Positions 26,147-35,743 of a stretch of 53,550 nt of DNA are shown piece after piece. The DNA is taken from IMG/VR virus record IMGVR_UViG_3300035542_000019, one strand, 5' to 3'. The position numbers and the translations under genes are program-made. How positions within the stretch are numbered: position 1 is the first letter of the stretch; each line of letters opens with the position of its first letter. The notes under the pieces were generated by a model. It was not told the origin of the DNA. It ran no database searches and saw only the letters and a program-made list of their open reading frames with translations. Source of the stretch: a virus.

Positions 26147-26680
26147 ATGAAGAACAAAAGCATAACGCCGCACAGCCTAAGCAGCCGGGACCTGCAAAGG
26201 GAACGGCAGCGGCGCGGCGAGGACTTCCAGGCGGAAATACGTAGAAGCTGGCGGCTAGTACCTAACTGCTGGCGTATGCGGATAGCCGACGGACGGGGCG
26301 GAAGCCGACCGGCCGACGAAATCACACTACTAGAAGAAATAAACGTACTGGCGGAACTAAAGAGGACCCAGGGCAGCAGCTTTAAGCTGAACATGTTAAG
26401 GCCAAACCAAATACAGGGGCTTATCGACTTCGACGAAGTGATAAGCAGGAACTACGGGCTAGTATTCGTAAGCTTCCTAGACGAAAAAAAGGACCTGGAC
26501 GAAGCCTACGCTTTTCGGCTTATTACAGCGCTTAAGCATATGAAGAAGAAAGGCGCTGTTAACGTCAAGCTGGAAGAACTACGAAAGGGAAAGCTTCCGG
26601 CTGTACGGCTTCCTCTTTTGGACCGCGCAGAACGTACTTACGACCTAAAGGGGGTAGTCGAGTGCTACAAATCACTTTAA
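26147..26680 (+). CDS. PD-(D/E)xK Holliday-junction-resolvase-like nuclease (Hjc/RecU-like)
   Basis: RGEDFQAEI ... SRPADEITLL ... VLAELKRTQGSSFKL..LRPNQIQGL follows the G..FE ... D ... E.K ... Q pattern of Hjc/RecU-type resolvases. Confidence 0.5.
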   Translation: MKNKSITPHSLSSRDLQRERQRRGEDFQAEIRRSWRLVPNCWRMRIADGRGGSRPADEITLLEEINVLAELKRTQGSSFKLNMLRPNQIQGLIDFDEVISRNYGLVFVSFLDEKKDLDEAYAFRLITALKHMKKKGAVNVKLEELRKGKLPAVRLPLLDRAERTYDLKGVVECYKSL

Positions 26681-28350
26681 AAAACAATATTCGAATACGC
26701 GGGGCGGGTACGCCGCTTAGGGCAGAGGTAACGAAGGCCCTTACGGTGGACAACCCCGAAGCCGCAAGGCGAAAGAAACAGGGGCGGACGACCTGGGGCG
26801 TAGAAGAAAAGCTTAAGCTTTACCTTTACGACCGTGGCGACCTAATCGTACCCCGGGGCTTTTCAAAGGACCTGGAAGCGATTCTAAAGGCCCAGGGGGT
26901 AAACCCGGCCAAGGTTATTACCGTCGTACAGAACGAAGGGCAGCCGGTGGACTTCGGGCCATGGAACGAGGACTACAAGCTTAAGAAGGACCAGGCGCCT
27001 ATGGTTAAGGCCCTGGTAGCAGAGAACGGCGTAGGGGTAGCGCCTGCCGGCAGCGGTAAAACGATTATGGGTATGCGCTATATCTACGAGGTAGGAAGGC
27101 CTACCCTATGGCTTACCCACACGAAAGACCTTATGTACCAAAGTAAAGAGCGAGCCGAAGCCACGCTTAAAGGCGTAGGCCAGGTAGGGCTACTAGGCGA
27201 CGGTAAAACCGAATGGGGAAGCGGTAAGCTGATTATCGCGACCGTGCAGACCATACAGCAGAACCCGCAGCTTATCGAAGCCCTGGACCAGTTTATAGGC
27301 GTCGTCATTATCGACGAAGCCCACCACTTCCCGGCGCCGCAGTTTATCGACGTGGCGGCAAAGTTTAGCGCGGCCCGTATCCTGGGACTTACGGCGACGC
27401 CAGACAGAAAAGACCAGCTGCAAATCTATATGTATATGGGAATCGGGCCTAAGCTTTACGAGATTAGCAGGGACGGGCTGTACGACAGCGGGCGCCTGGT
27501 TAAGCCGGAACTTCGCTTTATCTATACGAAATTCGACTACGAGCAGGCCAGCGACAGACAGGGCAGTAACGTAGACGCCGGCGGCGAGGACCTGGACTAC
27601 GTGGACCTTATGAACACGCTTATAAACGACGAGGACAGGGCGCAGCTTTTGGCCCATCATATCCTAGACGCTGCACCCCTGGGGGCTAGTATTGTAATCG
27701 CGGAGAGCGTAAGGTACTGCTTTACCCTTAGGGACGCCGTAGCAGCCCTAGCAAAGCGTAAATGGGGCGTCGTACCGCGCCAGGCGGTCGTACACGGGGG
27801 CTTAAGCCGTTACAGCTGGAAGGTGGCGGGCAACGAAGCCCAGGCCCAGGCCATGGTAAGAGCAGGCGAAGCCCTGGAATACAAGTACGATAAGCGAGCA
27901 AGACGCTTTAAGGTAAAGGTACCGCAGTATACCGAAGCCGAGTTTAACGACTGGCAGGTAACGAATAAGCAGCGTAAGGCAATCCTGGACGACGTACGAG
28001 AAGGCCGCGTAGATATCCTATACGCTACGCAGCTGGCCCGTGAAGGCCTGGATATTAGCCACTTAACCGTAGGGCATATGGCGACGCCTAAACGGGGCGA
28101 CACCGGCAACAGCCGAAGCGGTGCAGCGGTCGAGCAGGAAATAGGCCGAATCATGCGCCCGGACCCTGGAAACCCGGATAAAAGGGCAGTATGGTACGAC
28201 TACGTGGACTATGAGGTAGGCGTACTTAAGTCGCAATACCACAGCCGTAGAAAGACCTATAGGCGCCTGGACCTTATCGTACCGAACAAACCACCGAGAA
28301 GCGCCGAAGCTGACCTTATCGACAGCTTCCTAGGGGGTAGTATTATCTAA
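26662..28350 (+). CDS. Superfamily 2 DEAH helicase
   Basis: APAGSGKT (Walker A), IIDEAHHF (DEAH), LGLTATP (motif III), QEIGRIMR (motif VI-like). GTG start with SD aaaggggg. Confidence 0.8.
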   Translation: MLQITLKNNIRIRGAGTPLRAEVTKALTVDNPEAARRKKQGRTTWGVEEKLKLYLYDRGDLIVPRGFSKDLEAILKAQGVNPAKVITVVQNEGQPVDFGPWNEDYKLKKDQAPMVKALVAENGVGVAPAGSGKTIMGMRYIYEVGRPTLWLTHTKDLMYQSKERAEATLKGVGQVGLLGDGKTEWGSGKLIIATVQTIQQNPQLIEALDQFIGVVIIDEAHHFPAPQFIDVAAKFSAARILGLTATPDRKDQLQIYMYMGIGPKLYEISRDGLYDSGRLVKPELRFIYTKFDYEQASDRQGSNVDAGGEDLDYVDLMNTLINDEDRAQLLAHHILDAAPLGASIVIAESVRYCFTLRDAVAALAKRKWGVVPRQAVVHGGLSRYSWKVAGNEAQAQAMVRAGEALEYKYDKRARRFKVKVPQYTEAEFNDWQVTNKQRKAILDDVREGRVDILYATQLAREGLDISHLTVGHMATPKRGDTGNSRSGAAVEQEIGRIMRPDPGNPDKRAVWYDYVDYEVGVLKSQYHSRRKTYRRLDLIVPNKPPRSAEADLIDSFLGGSII

Positions 28351-28368
28351 CGAAAGGGGGTTTAAAAC

Positions 28369-29160
28369 GTGAAGGTACTGTACTGTAACAAGGAACTGAT
28401 TAAGTACCATATGGCCGAAGCACTGGTAATGGCCGGCCTTCCTATGAGTACGACGACCGAATACCTGGACACGGATATACGGGCCGTGGAAGCCCTTCTT
28501 ATGGGCTGTAGGGAAGAAGCCCTGGCGAATATCTTTACGAAGGACGAAGCCGAGGAAGAAGCCTTTACCAAGCGGCTACACGCCCATATGAGAAGGGGCC
28601 ATACACTAGGCCAGGCAGCGCCTAGCAGCGGACACGATAGCTTTTTAAAGGGTATCGTCGTCACAGCTATTATATCGGCGCCAGCTTACCAGTGGCCGCA
28701 GATACAGCGCTACCACTTCCTGGACATTGTAAGCAGCCAGTCGAAAATGCACAGACTTACGAAAATGGATATTAGAAGCCAGTGTAACGAGGAAGTAAGC
28801 GACCTGCTTATAGATATGCTTAATGCCATGATTGACGACTATAACCAGGTACAGGGGCAGGTAGAAGCGATTAACCAGTGGCGGGTAGACAGCCCGGAAG
28901 CTGCCAGGGAGAAGCAGGACGCCCTAAAGGCAGCGAACGCAAAGGCCCATAAAATCTTTAGGGCTATCCTAAACAATACGCCGCACGGCCTTAGGCTTGC
29001 AGCGGGTATTACGACGAACTACCTACAGCTTAAGACCATGAAGCAGCAGCGCAGGGGTCACAGGCTGGAAGAATGGTACCACGACTTCGTAGACTGGGTA
29101 GACGACCTACCGTACTTTTTAGAATTCACGGAAAAAACAGGTATAAAAAAGAGCCGGTAA
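28369..29160 (+). CDS. Divergent ThyX-like (flavin-dependent thymidylate synthase fold) protein with degenerate signature
   Basis: SGHDSFLKGIVVTAIISAPAYQWPQIQRYHFLDIVSSQSKMH aligns with the ThyX core (GH.S..EH..FTF.I.APIF..RQ..RHR..S....S.RY), but RHR..S....S.R is replaced by RYH..D....Q.K. GTG start with SD gaaaggggg. Confidence 0.55.
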   Translation: MKVLYCNKELIKYHMAEALVMAGLPMSTTTEYLDTDIRAVEALLMGCREEALANIFTKDEAEEEAFTKRLHAHMRRGHTLGQAAPSSGHDSFLKGIVVTAIISAPAYQWPQIQRYHFLDIVSSQSKMHRLTKMDIRSQCNEEVSDLLIDMLNAMIDDYNQVQGQVEAINQWRVDSPEAAREKQDALKAANAKAHKIFRAILNNTPHGLRLAAGITTNYLQLKTMKQQRRGHRLEEWYHDFVDWVDDLPYFLEFTEKTGIKKSR

Positions 29161-29215
29161 GAATATACTAATAAGTTATTGACTTGTAGGATAACGACCC
29201 TTATAATAGAAAATA
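29158..29215 (+). promoter_or_regulatory. Consensus SigA promoter, copy 2 of the duplicated promoter cassette
   Basis: TTGACT (29179-29184), 17-nt spacer, TATAAT (29202-29207). Flanks identical to 20012-20069. Confidence 0.8.
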
Positions 29216-29273
29216 GGTACAAATAAACGAAAATTAGCGAAGTTAGTATACCGAAAAGAAAGGGGGCGCGAGC

Positions 29274-29507
29274 ATGGAAGCAGCTAAGGAAAGACTTACG
29301 GCGCTGGAACGGGACCTAATGAAGTACCCGGCCGTATTGACACCGGACCAGGTGGCCGATATCCTGGGCGTGAGCCGCAGGACTGCCGACGATTATATCA
29401 AGGCTGGGGTTATCGAATCCTTCGTACTGGACCCGAGCAGGGAAAGAAAGCAGTACCGCGTAACAAAGGCCGCACTTATGGCCTATATGACAAATTCAAA
29501 CCAATAA
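29274..29507 (+). CDS. Excisionase/MerR-type helix-turn-helix DNA-binding protein
   Basis: LTPDQVADILGVSRRTADDYIKAGVI is an HTH_17-like motif. First gene after the promoter at 29179. Confidence 0.6.
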   Translation: MEAAKERLTALERDLMKYPAVLTPDQVADILGVSRRTADDYIKAGVIESFVLDPSRERKQYRVTKAALMAYMTNSNQ

Positions 29508-29526
29508 TAGGAAGGGGTAATTAAAA

Positions 29527-30315
29527 ATGACGAAAGAAAACGTACAGAACACAGCAGCAGAGGACGTAAAGGGCGCAGGAACAGCAGGCACGGAAGAAGT
29601 GGCACAGAACGCAATCGCAAAGACCCAGGAAAACGCAGTAGCCAAGGTAGGCGGCGGGGCGTACATTACGGGGCTTTTGCAGAGTATTAAAAACGACTTT
29701 ATCGAAGCAAACGACGGCCTGGATATGGACTTTGTATATATGGGGTCCTGGCTTGTAACCAATAAAAAGGGCAACTTCGTAGAGAAGGACGACGAAACGG
29801 TAACCTACGGGGATACCATCGACGTAGTAGTAGGCCAAGGCGAAAAGCGCTGGTCTTTATGGGGACTTAAGGACAGCCCCGAGGACGGCCAGCTTATCGT
29901 AGCTTGTAAAGAGAAGGTAGACGCCGAAGAACAGCTGGAAGCATGGCTGGACGAGAACCCGGACGCTAGAAGCCGCTACAGCGTAAACGACCTGGACCTT
30001 AGATACATGGCCTACGTCGTACCAGTAAGCACGCTGGGACCCGACGACTTCCCGAATATCTACCTTATGAGTTTCGCACCGACGGCGACCATCGCCTGGG
30101 GTAAGTACGCTATGAGCGTCTACCAGGGCAAGTACAAGGCCCAGGGAATCAAGGCACGTACAGGGGTTAACAAAGTGGTAACGAGAATTACGACAGAGGA
30201 ACAGCAAAGCAGAAACGATAAAAGTATTAGCTGGCTGGCCCTTAAATTCGAAGCTGTAGGAATGTTTAACCCGAGTGACTACGGTATCGAGGAAGAAACC
30301 GTAGTAGTCGAGTAA
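29527..30315 (+). CDS. Hypothetical protein (262 aa), possibly ssDNA-binding/annealing by position
   Basis: SD aggaagggg. Immediately upstream of the primase-helicase gene. No motif recognised. Confidence 0.55.
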   Translation: MTKENVQNTAAEDVKGAGTAGTEEVAQNAIAKTQENAVAKVGGGAYITGLLQSIKNDFIEANDGLDMDFVYMGSWLVTNKKGNFVEKDDETVTYGDTIDVVVGQGEKRWSLWGLKDSPEDGQLIVACKEKVDAEEQLEAWLDENPDARSRYSVNDLDLRYMAYVVPVSTLGPDDFPNIYLMSFAPTATIAWGKYAMSVYQGKYKAQGIKARTGVNKVVTRITTEEQQSRNDKSISWLALKFEAVGMFNPSDYGIEEETVVVE

Positions 30316-30343
30316 TCAAACTAAGAGAAGGGGGCTTCGAAAT

Positions 30344-33300
30344 ATGGCCGCAAAGGAACCAAAGATAGACGACTTTAAATACGTGGACGTATGGTATTCC
30401 GACGATAAAGGCAAAAGCAGCCCCTGGCAGCGTATCGAGGTAGGAAACTTACCGAAATTCCAGCAAGAAGAAGCTTTTAACTTTAACTGCTTCGCGACCG
30501 TCCAGCGCTTCGCTAATAAGTCGAGGGAAAAAGGGGAAGCTTTCGTAGCGCCCCTTTTCTTTGACTTAGACTATAAAGAGGACCCGGCGGTAGCGCAGGC
30601 GGAAGCGGTTAAAATCGTAGACTTCTTTACCAAGGAACTAGACGTAAAGCCTACGGATATATGGGTATATTTTAGCGGTAGTAAGGGCTTCCATATACTT
30701 GTAAGCAGCCAGGCGATAGGAATACAGCCACGTAATGACCTGCACAAGGTTTTCAAGCACATAGCAGGGTACCTTAAGTACCGGCTAGGAGAAACGACGA
30801 CGAAAGAGGACGAAGCGGGTAAAAAGGTAGAGGTAATCGAGCCGCTAAAGAGTATCGACCTGGTGGTATATACCAGCAGCCGTATGCTAAGGCTTCCGAA
30901 TTCCGTACACCAGCATACCCGCCTTTTCAAAATAGAACTGACCTTAGAAGAACTTAAGACCCTAAGCCTTGACGATATTAAGGATAAGGCCCGTATGCCG
31001 CGTAGAAGCGACGACGGCCTTTTAGGGTCCGCAGCACGTAAGGCGGATATGGGAATTAGAAAAGAAACCCAGGCGCTTTACACGGACAAGCTGGAAGAAT
31101 ACGGACAGGCAGCGGCCACAGCGAATAAACGGTACGAAAAAGAAGAATTCCTTTTCGTAAAGGGTAAGCCGCCGGTATGCGTGGAAGATATCCTAAGCGG
31201 CGGCTGGAAGAAGGAAGGCGACCGTAACCAGGCCACGGTACAGCTGGCTTGTTATTTCAAGGCAGCGGGCCACCCACAGGCTGAAACGCTGGAAACCCTG
31301 GAAGAATGGGTTAAGAAGCACACGAGCGCGAAAAGCGGCTACCAGGTGCAGCAGCGCGTAGCCAATACCCGCAGCGTGGTAGAAGCGGTCTACAGCAAGG
31401 AGAACGAATACAAATTCGGGTGCGCCTTTATTAGAAGCCTGCACGGTGAAAAGACACCAGGCAGTAAGGAATACGACCGGGTACCGTGCGCCGGCGACTT
31501 ATGCCCGGTACTAAAGCGAAACGCGGAACCCGACGAAGAAGCCGAGAGCCTGCACCTGGCGGCGACCGGTGACGCTGAACTTACCGGGAAGCTGGTAAAG
31601 ACTAAGGTAATGATAGCCGGTAAGAAACATACCCCGTACATCGTACCGAAGAAGATAGAATACAGCTGCTGGGGCCGTGACAAGTGTAAAAAGTACAGCT
31701 GCCCGCTGTATAATATCCCGACCGGTACAGCTTTTAAGGACCTGGGGCCGACAAGCCGCGAACTTATCCAAATGACGGGGACCGGCGACGACAATATTAA
31801 GGGTATTCTTAGGGAACTAAGCGGGGTACCCAGCTGCGGAAAGTACGATACCGAGATAGTGGAAACTACGAATATCGACGAACTACTGGTAATTCCGATG
31901 GCCGAGGTAGGCGCGGAGAACCAGGAAGAAGAAACCCACGAAGGCGGCTACGTCCTTAGACGGGTTTACAGCGTGGGCGGGCTGCCGATTAGCGAAAACA
32001 AGTATTACGAGATTAGCGGCTACGTGTTCCCGCACCCGAAGAACCAGGAAAGCACTATCTTAATCAAGCACGCCGAACCCTTGCAGGACGTGGTAGAGCG
32101 CTTCGAACTGACAGACGAGGTTAAAGAGGACCTGGCGGTATTCCAGCCAGCGGACTATACCCCGGAAGCCATCGCGGAGAAGCTGGGGGCAATCCTTAAC
32201 GACTTAACCTACAACGTGACCCACATAGTCGAGCGTGACGAAGTGCTGCTGGGCGCCCTTTTGGTCTACCATAGCGTCCTAAGGTTTAACGTACCCTGGG
32301 ATATGGAAGCTATAAGGGGCTGGACCGAATTAAAGATAGTAGGGGACACGGGTACCGGTAAAAGCCACCTGCTAGAAAAGCTTATGACCTTTACCGGCCT
32401 AGGTACCCGAGTAAACGCCGAGAGTACGAGCCGTACCGGACTAACCTACAAAATGGAACAGTCGGGCAGCGGCGGCGCCTGGTACATCGTATGGGGTGCC
32501 TGGCCCCTTGCAGACCGTGAACTGATATGGATTGACGAGGACACGGGCATTAAAAAGGACGAGTACGGGGAAATGACCCTGGCGCGAAGCGACGGAAAGC
32601 TGGAAGTAAAAAGGGCCGTTACAGCTGAAACCCCTTGTAGAGTAAGGGCGATTATGAGCGGTAACGTACCCAAGGGTAAGCGCCTGGCAGACTACGCCCA
32701 GGGCGTCGAAAGCCTTAAGGATATCTTTAACAACGAGGATATAAGGCGCTTCGACTTCGGCGTATTCATGCGGGCGACAGACGTAGACGCGTCCCTGTAT
32801 AACCAGCAGCTGCCGACCTACCCGAATATGGTAAACGGCGAAACGCTTAAGAATAATATCCTTTTCGCCTGGTCCAGGGGACCAGAGGACGTTATCTTTA
32901 CCGGCGACGCTATCGACAGGGTACTAGAAGCCGCTACGGACCTAAGCAAGGTTTACGGGAACGCTACAGACGTACCCCTGGTAAGCCCTCCGGACCAGCG
33001 GAACAAGATAGCCCGCCTAAGCGTCGCACTGGCAGCACTCACGAGAAGCGTAGACGAAACCGGCAGCCGTTTATTAGTATGGCCCGGTCACGTCGATTTT
33101 ATACTTACGTATCTTAAGGGGCTGTATAACGCGCCCGGCTGCGGACTGAACTACTACGCTAGGCTTAGCGTGAAGGAAGAAGAACTAAACGAAGAAAAAT
33201 TCGAGATTCTAACGAAGGAACTTAGGAAGCTGGACACGCTTAAGGGCGATAATAAGTATCTTGAATTTATTACATTATTCGCACAGCAGAAATACCTAAG

Positions 33301-33490
33301 GCTGGGCGACGTGGAAGCCATGTTAAGTATTGAGAAGGACGAAGCGAAGGCCATCGTTAACCAGTGCGCTAGGCTGCGTATGCTGGTAATGACGAGCGGC
33401 GGGTACAGGAAAACCCCACGCTTTAACGCTTATATAGCGAAGTGCTTCGAAATGGGCCTATTCGACTACATGGACAACGATATTATCTAA
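30344..33490 (+). CDS. Archaeo-eukaryotic primase (AEP) fused to an MCM-type AAA+ helicase
   Basis: AEP motifs: PLFFDLDY, FSGSKGFHILV, RLPNSVH. MCM-like motifs: IVGDTGTGKSHLL (Walker A), IWIDEDTG (Walker B), RAIMSGNVP (sensor 1), IRRFDFGVF (Arg finger). Confidence 0.8.
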   Translation: MAAKEPKIDDFKYVDVWYSDDKGKSSPWQRIEVGNLPKFQQEEAFNFNCFATVQRFANKSREKGEAFVAPLFFDLDYKEDPAVAQAEAVKIVDFFTKELDVKPTDIWVYFSGSKGFHILVSSQAIGIQPRNDLHKVFKHIAGYLKYRLGETTTKEDEAGKKVEVIEPLKSIDLVVYTSSRMLRLPNSVHQHTRLFKIELTLEELKTLSLDDIKDKARMPRRSDDGLLGSAARKADMGIRKETQALYTDKLEEYGQAAATANKRYEKEEFLFVKGKPPVCVEDILSGGWKKEGDRNQATVQLACYFKAAGHPQAETLETLEEWVKKHTSAKSGYQVQQRVANTRSVVEAVYSKENEYKFGCAFIRSLHGEKTPGSKEYDRVPCAGDLCPVLKRNAEPDEEAESLHLAATGDAELTGKLVKTKVMIAGKKHTPYIVPKKIEYSCWGRDKCKKYSCPLYNIPTGTAFKDLGPTSRELIQMTGTGDDNIKGILRELSGVPSCGKYDTEIVETTNIDELLVIPMAEVGAENQEEETHEGGYVLRRVYSVGGLPISENKYYEISGYVFPHPKNQESTILIKHAEPLQDVVERFELTDEVKEDLAVFQPADYTPEAIAEKLGAILNDLTYNVTHIVERDEVLLGALLVYHSVLRFNVPWDMEAIRGWTELKIVGDTGTGKSHLLEKLMTFTGLGTRVNAESTSRTGLTYKMEQSGSGGAWYIVWGAWPLADRELIWIDEDTGIKKDEYGEMTLARSDGKLEVKRAVTAETPCRVRAIMSGNVPKGKRLADYAQGVESLKDIFNNEDIRRFDFGVFMRATDVDASLYNQQLPTYPNMVNGETLKNNILFAWSRGPEDVIFTGDAIDRVLEAATDLSKVYGNATDVPLVSPPDQRNKIARLSVALAALTRSVDETGSRLLVWPGHVDFILTYLKGLYNAPGCGLNYYARLSVKEEELNEEKFEILTKELRKLDTLKGDNKYLEFITLFAQQKYLRLGDVEAMLSIEKDEAKAIVNQCARLRMLVMTSGGYRKTPRFNAYIAKCFEMGLFDYMDNDII

Positions 33491-33505
33491 GAAAGGGGCG
33501 ACGCT

Positions 33506-35029
33506 GTGAAACTTAGCAGCATGTTTCCAAATAGCAGGACGCTAGCCAATAAGACAGCACCGGCCCCCGTAAAGGAACGGCCGAAAGCTGAAAAGCTGGC
33601 GGACCTATTACCGAAGAACAAAAGAAAGCCAGGTACTTTTAACATTACCTGGCCCAAGTTTAGAACGCAGCAGCCAAAGGACTACAGGGTTATAACCACA
33701 GTAGACCAGCTGGAAGCGTATATAGATAAATGCGAAGCTACCGGACTGGGCGGCTTCGACTATGAAACAGCGGGCGACGAGAACCACAGGACCGAAAAGG
33801 ACATAGAGGAAAGGGTAGCGCTTGACCCGCATAAGTCAGAAATATGCGCTATGAGCCTATCGGCAGCAGCCGACGAAGCCCGGGCCATATTCATAAGCCA
33901 CAAAACGGGCGGTAACCAATTCGAGCCGGGGCTAGAGAGAAACGAAGCCAGGAAAGTTTTAATGGACACGCTGGAAAGACGCTTCTTTACTAACCCTAAG
34001 ATTATGAAAATCGCCGTTAACCTGGCCTTCGAAACGAAATTTACAGCCAAGTACGGTAAGTATATCCTTATGCCGGTGGCTGACCCGTTCACGGCCTGGA
34101 TACGTATTTTACAGCTGGTGGCGCCCCAAAAGATTAAAAGCCCGAAGCGGCCGTACACTGGAAAGGGCCTTAAGCCCATGACGTACGAATACTTCGGGGT
34201 ACGTATGGGTAACTTCGAAGAAGTGCTTAAGAAGTACGACGCGGACTTTTTCGACGAGATACCATCGGACAGCCAGGACGCCCTGGTATACTGCTGCGAG
34301 GACAGCGACTACGCCGTACAGCACTGGTTATACTGGGACGAGATAGCCCAGCAGATAGAGAACGAGAACGACGAGTACCCGACGTACAGCGACTGGCTTA
34401 AGGGTATAGAAATGCCCTTCGCCCGCGTTATCGGCCTTATGGAATACCACGGCATGTACTGGGACCAGCACCTAAGCGAGGTTAAGCGCCAGGAAGCCGA
34501 GATTATGCAGCAACAGGCCGCCGAGGATATCCAGCGTATCGCAAAGGAAACCCTGGGCCTTGACGTGAACCCGGGTAAGTCGGGAAAGACCAACGAGGTA
34601 AAAAGCGTCATATTCGACAGCATGAAAATACCGGCGTCGTCCTGGTCCGATAAGACCGGCGACCCGAGCCTGGACGCTAACGCGCTTATGGATATGATTT
34701 TTATGTTAGAGAACAAACTAAACAGCCTGGACGAAGAAAAGTACCTAGCGACGCCGCTACCCGAGGGCTGGGAAGATATCGACGTAGAAAACGACACCAC
34801 GCTAGACCGCTACACGCGCCAGCGTATACGTATAGCGCAGCGGCCGCCGCACAAGTACCGCGACCAGGGTATCGAACTGCTTAACCTGCTGCAAAAGATA
34901 CAAAAGTACAGCACGCTTTTAAGTAGCCATATCGTAGGCCGTGAGAAGTACCTACACGAGGTTACGAACCGGATACACGCCCAGTATACGCCGTGGACGG
35001 AAACCAGCAGGCTAAACAGCAGCCGCCCT
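33506..35029 (+). CDS. Family A DNA polymerase, exon 1 (3-5 exonuclease domain and N-terminal part of the polymerase domain)
   Basis: GTG start with SD gaaagggg. GGFDYETAGD and CCEDSDYAV are exo motifs. The conserved motif is broken after ...TSRLNSSRP. The track ORF reads on into the intron to 35077. Confidence 0.85.
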
Positions 35030-35743
35030 AAAAAGTTGGGGCCTACAGGGGCGACCCTGTACGGAAAAACCGCGTGAACCCAGGGGAAGCTAAGGGCCTA
35101 TGGCCTACGCCAATCCTGGACCAAGCCAGCAGAACGCTATAAAAGTAAGCTGGAAGGCGCAACGACTAACGGCCGAGGAAGCGAACCGATAAGGCCGACA
35201 CGAGCGCGCGGGTACTATAAAAACCTGTAATAACAAAACGTGCCGTTTTATGATATACTAACCCTAAGAAAGGGGAGATACCATGAAATGGAATGAAGAA
35301 AAAGAGCGGTTCCTAAAAGAGAACTACCTAGAGAAAGGCGCTAAATATTGCGCGGAGAAGCTGGGGGCTACAAATGCGGCCATACGACACAAAGCAAGCA
35401 GGCTAGGCCTTAAGCGGAAAGGTAAAGGCAGACCGGATAGAGTTGTAGAAGTTGGCGGCTATAAAGCCATATCACGTTATAACGACAGAAAGCGGATACA
35501 CAGGTTAGTAATGGAGAAACACCTGGGGCGCGAACTGGAAGCTAACGAGATAGTACACCATAAGAACGGCAACAAACACGATAACCGGCTGGAAAACCTA
35601 GAGGTAGTAACCAGGGGTGAACATATGCGCAAGCACCCAAAGGAACGCGACGAAAAGGGTAGGTTTATATAGTACATGATATAGTCTAACCTTACGGGAA
35701 ACCGTAAGAACTACAGGATAAAGAGCCTGTAGGTTAATACATG
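35030..35743 (+). mobile_element. Group I self-splicing intron carrying an HNH endonuclease ORF
   Basis: Exon 1 ends in U (gccct) that can pair as G-U with ggggc at 35038-35042 (P1). The intron ends in G (...aatacatg). Has GAAA-tetraloop and other hairpins. Splicing restores SSRP-NGQNVPR. Confidence 0.75.
35283..35672 (+). CDS. Intron-encoded HNH homing endonuclease
   Basis: Own SD aaagggga. [47 protein letters not shown] is an HNH motif. The N-terminal segment is HTH-like. Confidence 0.8.
   Translation: MKWNEEKERFLKENYLEKGAKYCAEKLGATNAAIRHKASRLGLKRKGKGRPDRVVEVGGYKAISRYNDRKRIHRLVMEKHLGRELEANEIVHHKNGNKHDNRLENLEVVTRGEHMRKHPKERDEKGRFI

Noticed and set aside
29274-29507. Excisionase, implying a temperate lifestyle
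   Set aside because: Only the HTH_17-type motif is present. There is no integrase, attP-like site, CI/Cro pair or divergent promoter region anywhere in the circle. It is treated as a generic DNA-binding regulator.
35030-35743. Intein, or simple two-gene split, as the explanation for the interrupted DNA polymerase
   Set aside because: The insert is not in frame (stop at 35075-35077) and has ~250 nt of structured non-coding RNA. Its endonuclease ORF has its own SD. The boundaries show the U...G group I hallmarks, so an intron fits better than an intein. A non-spliced split cannot be fully excluded without RNA data.
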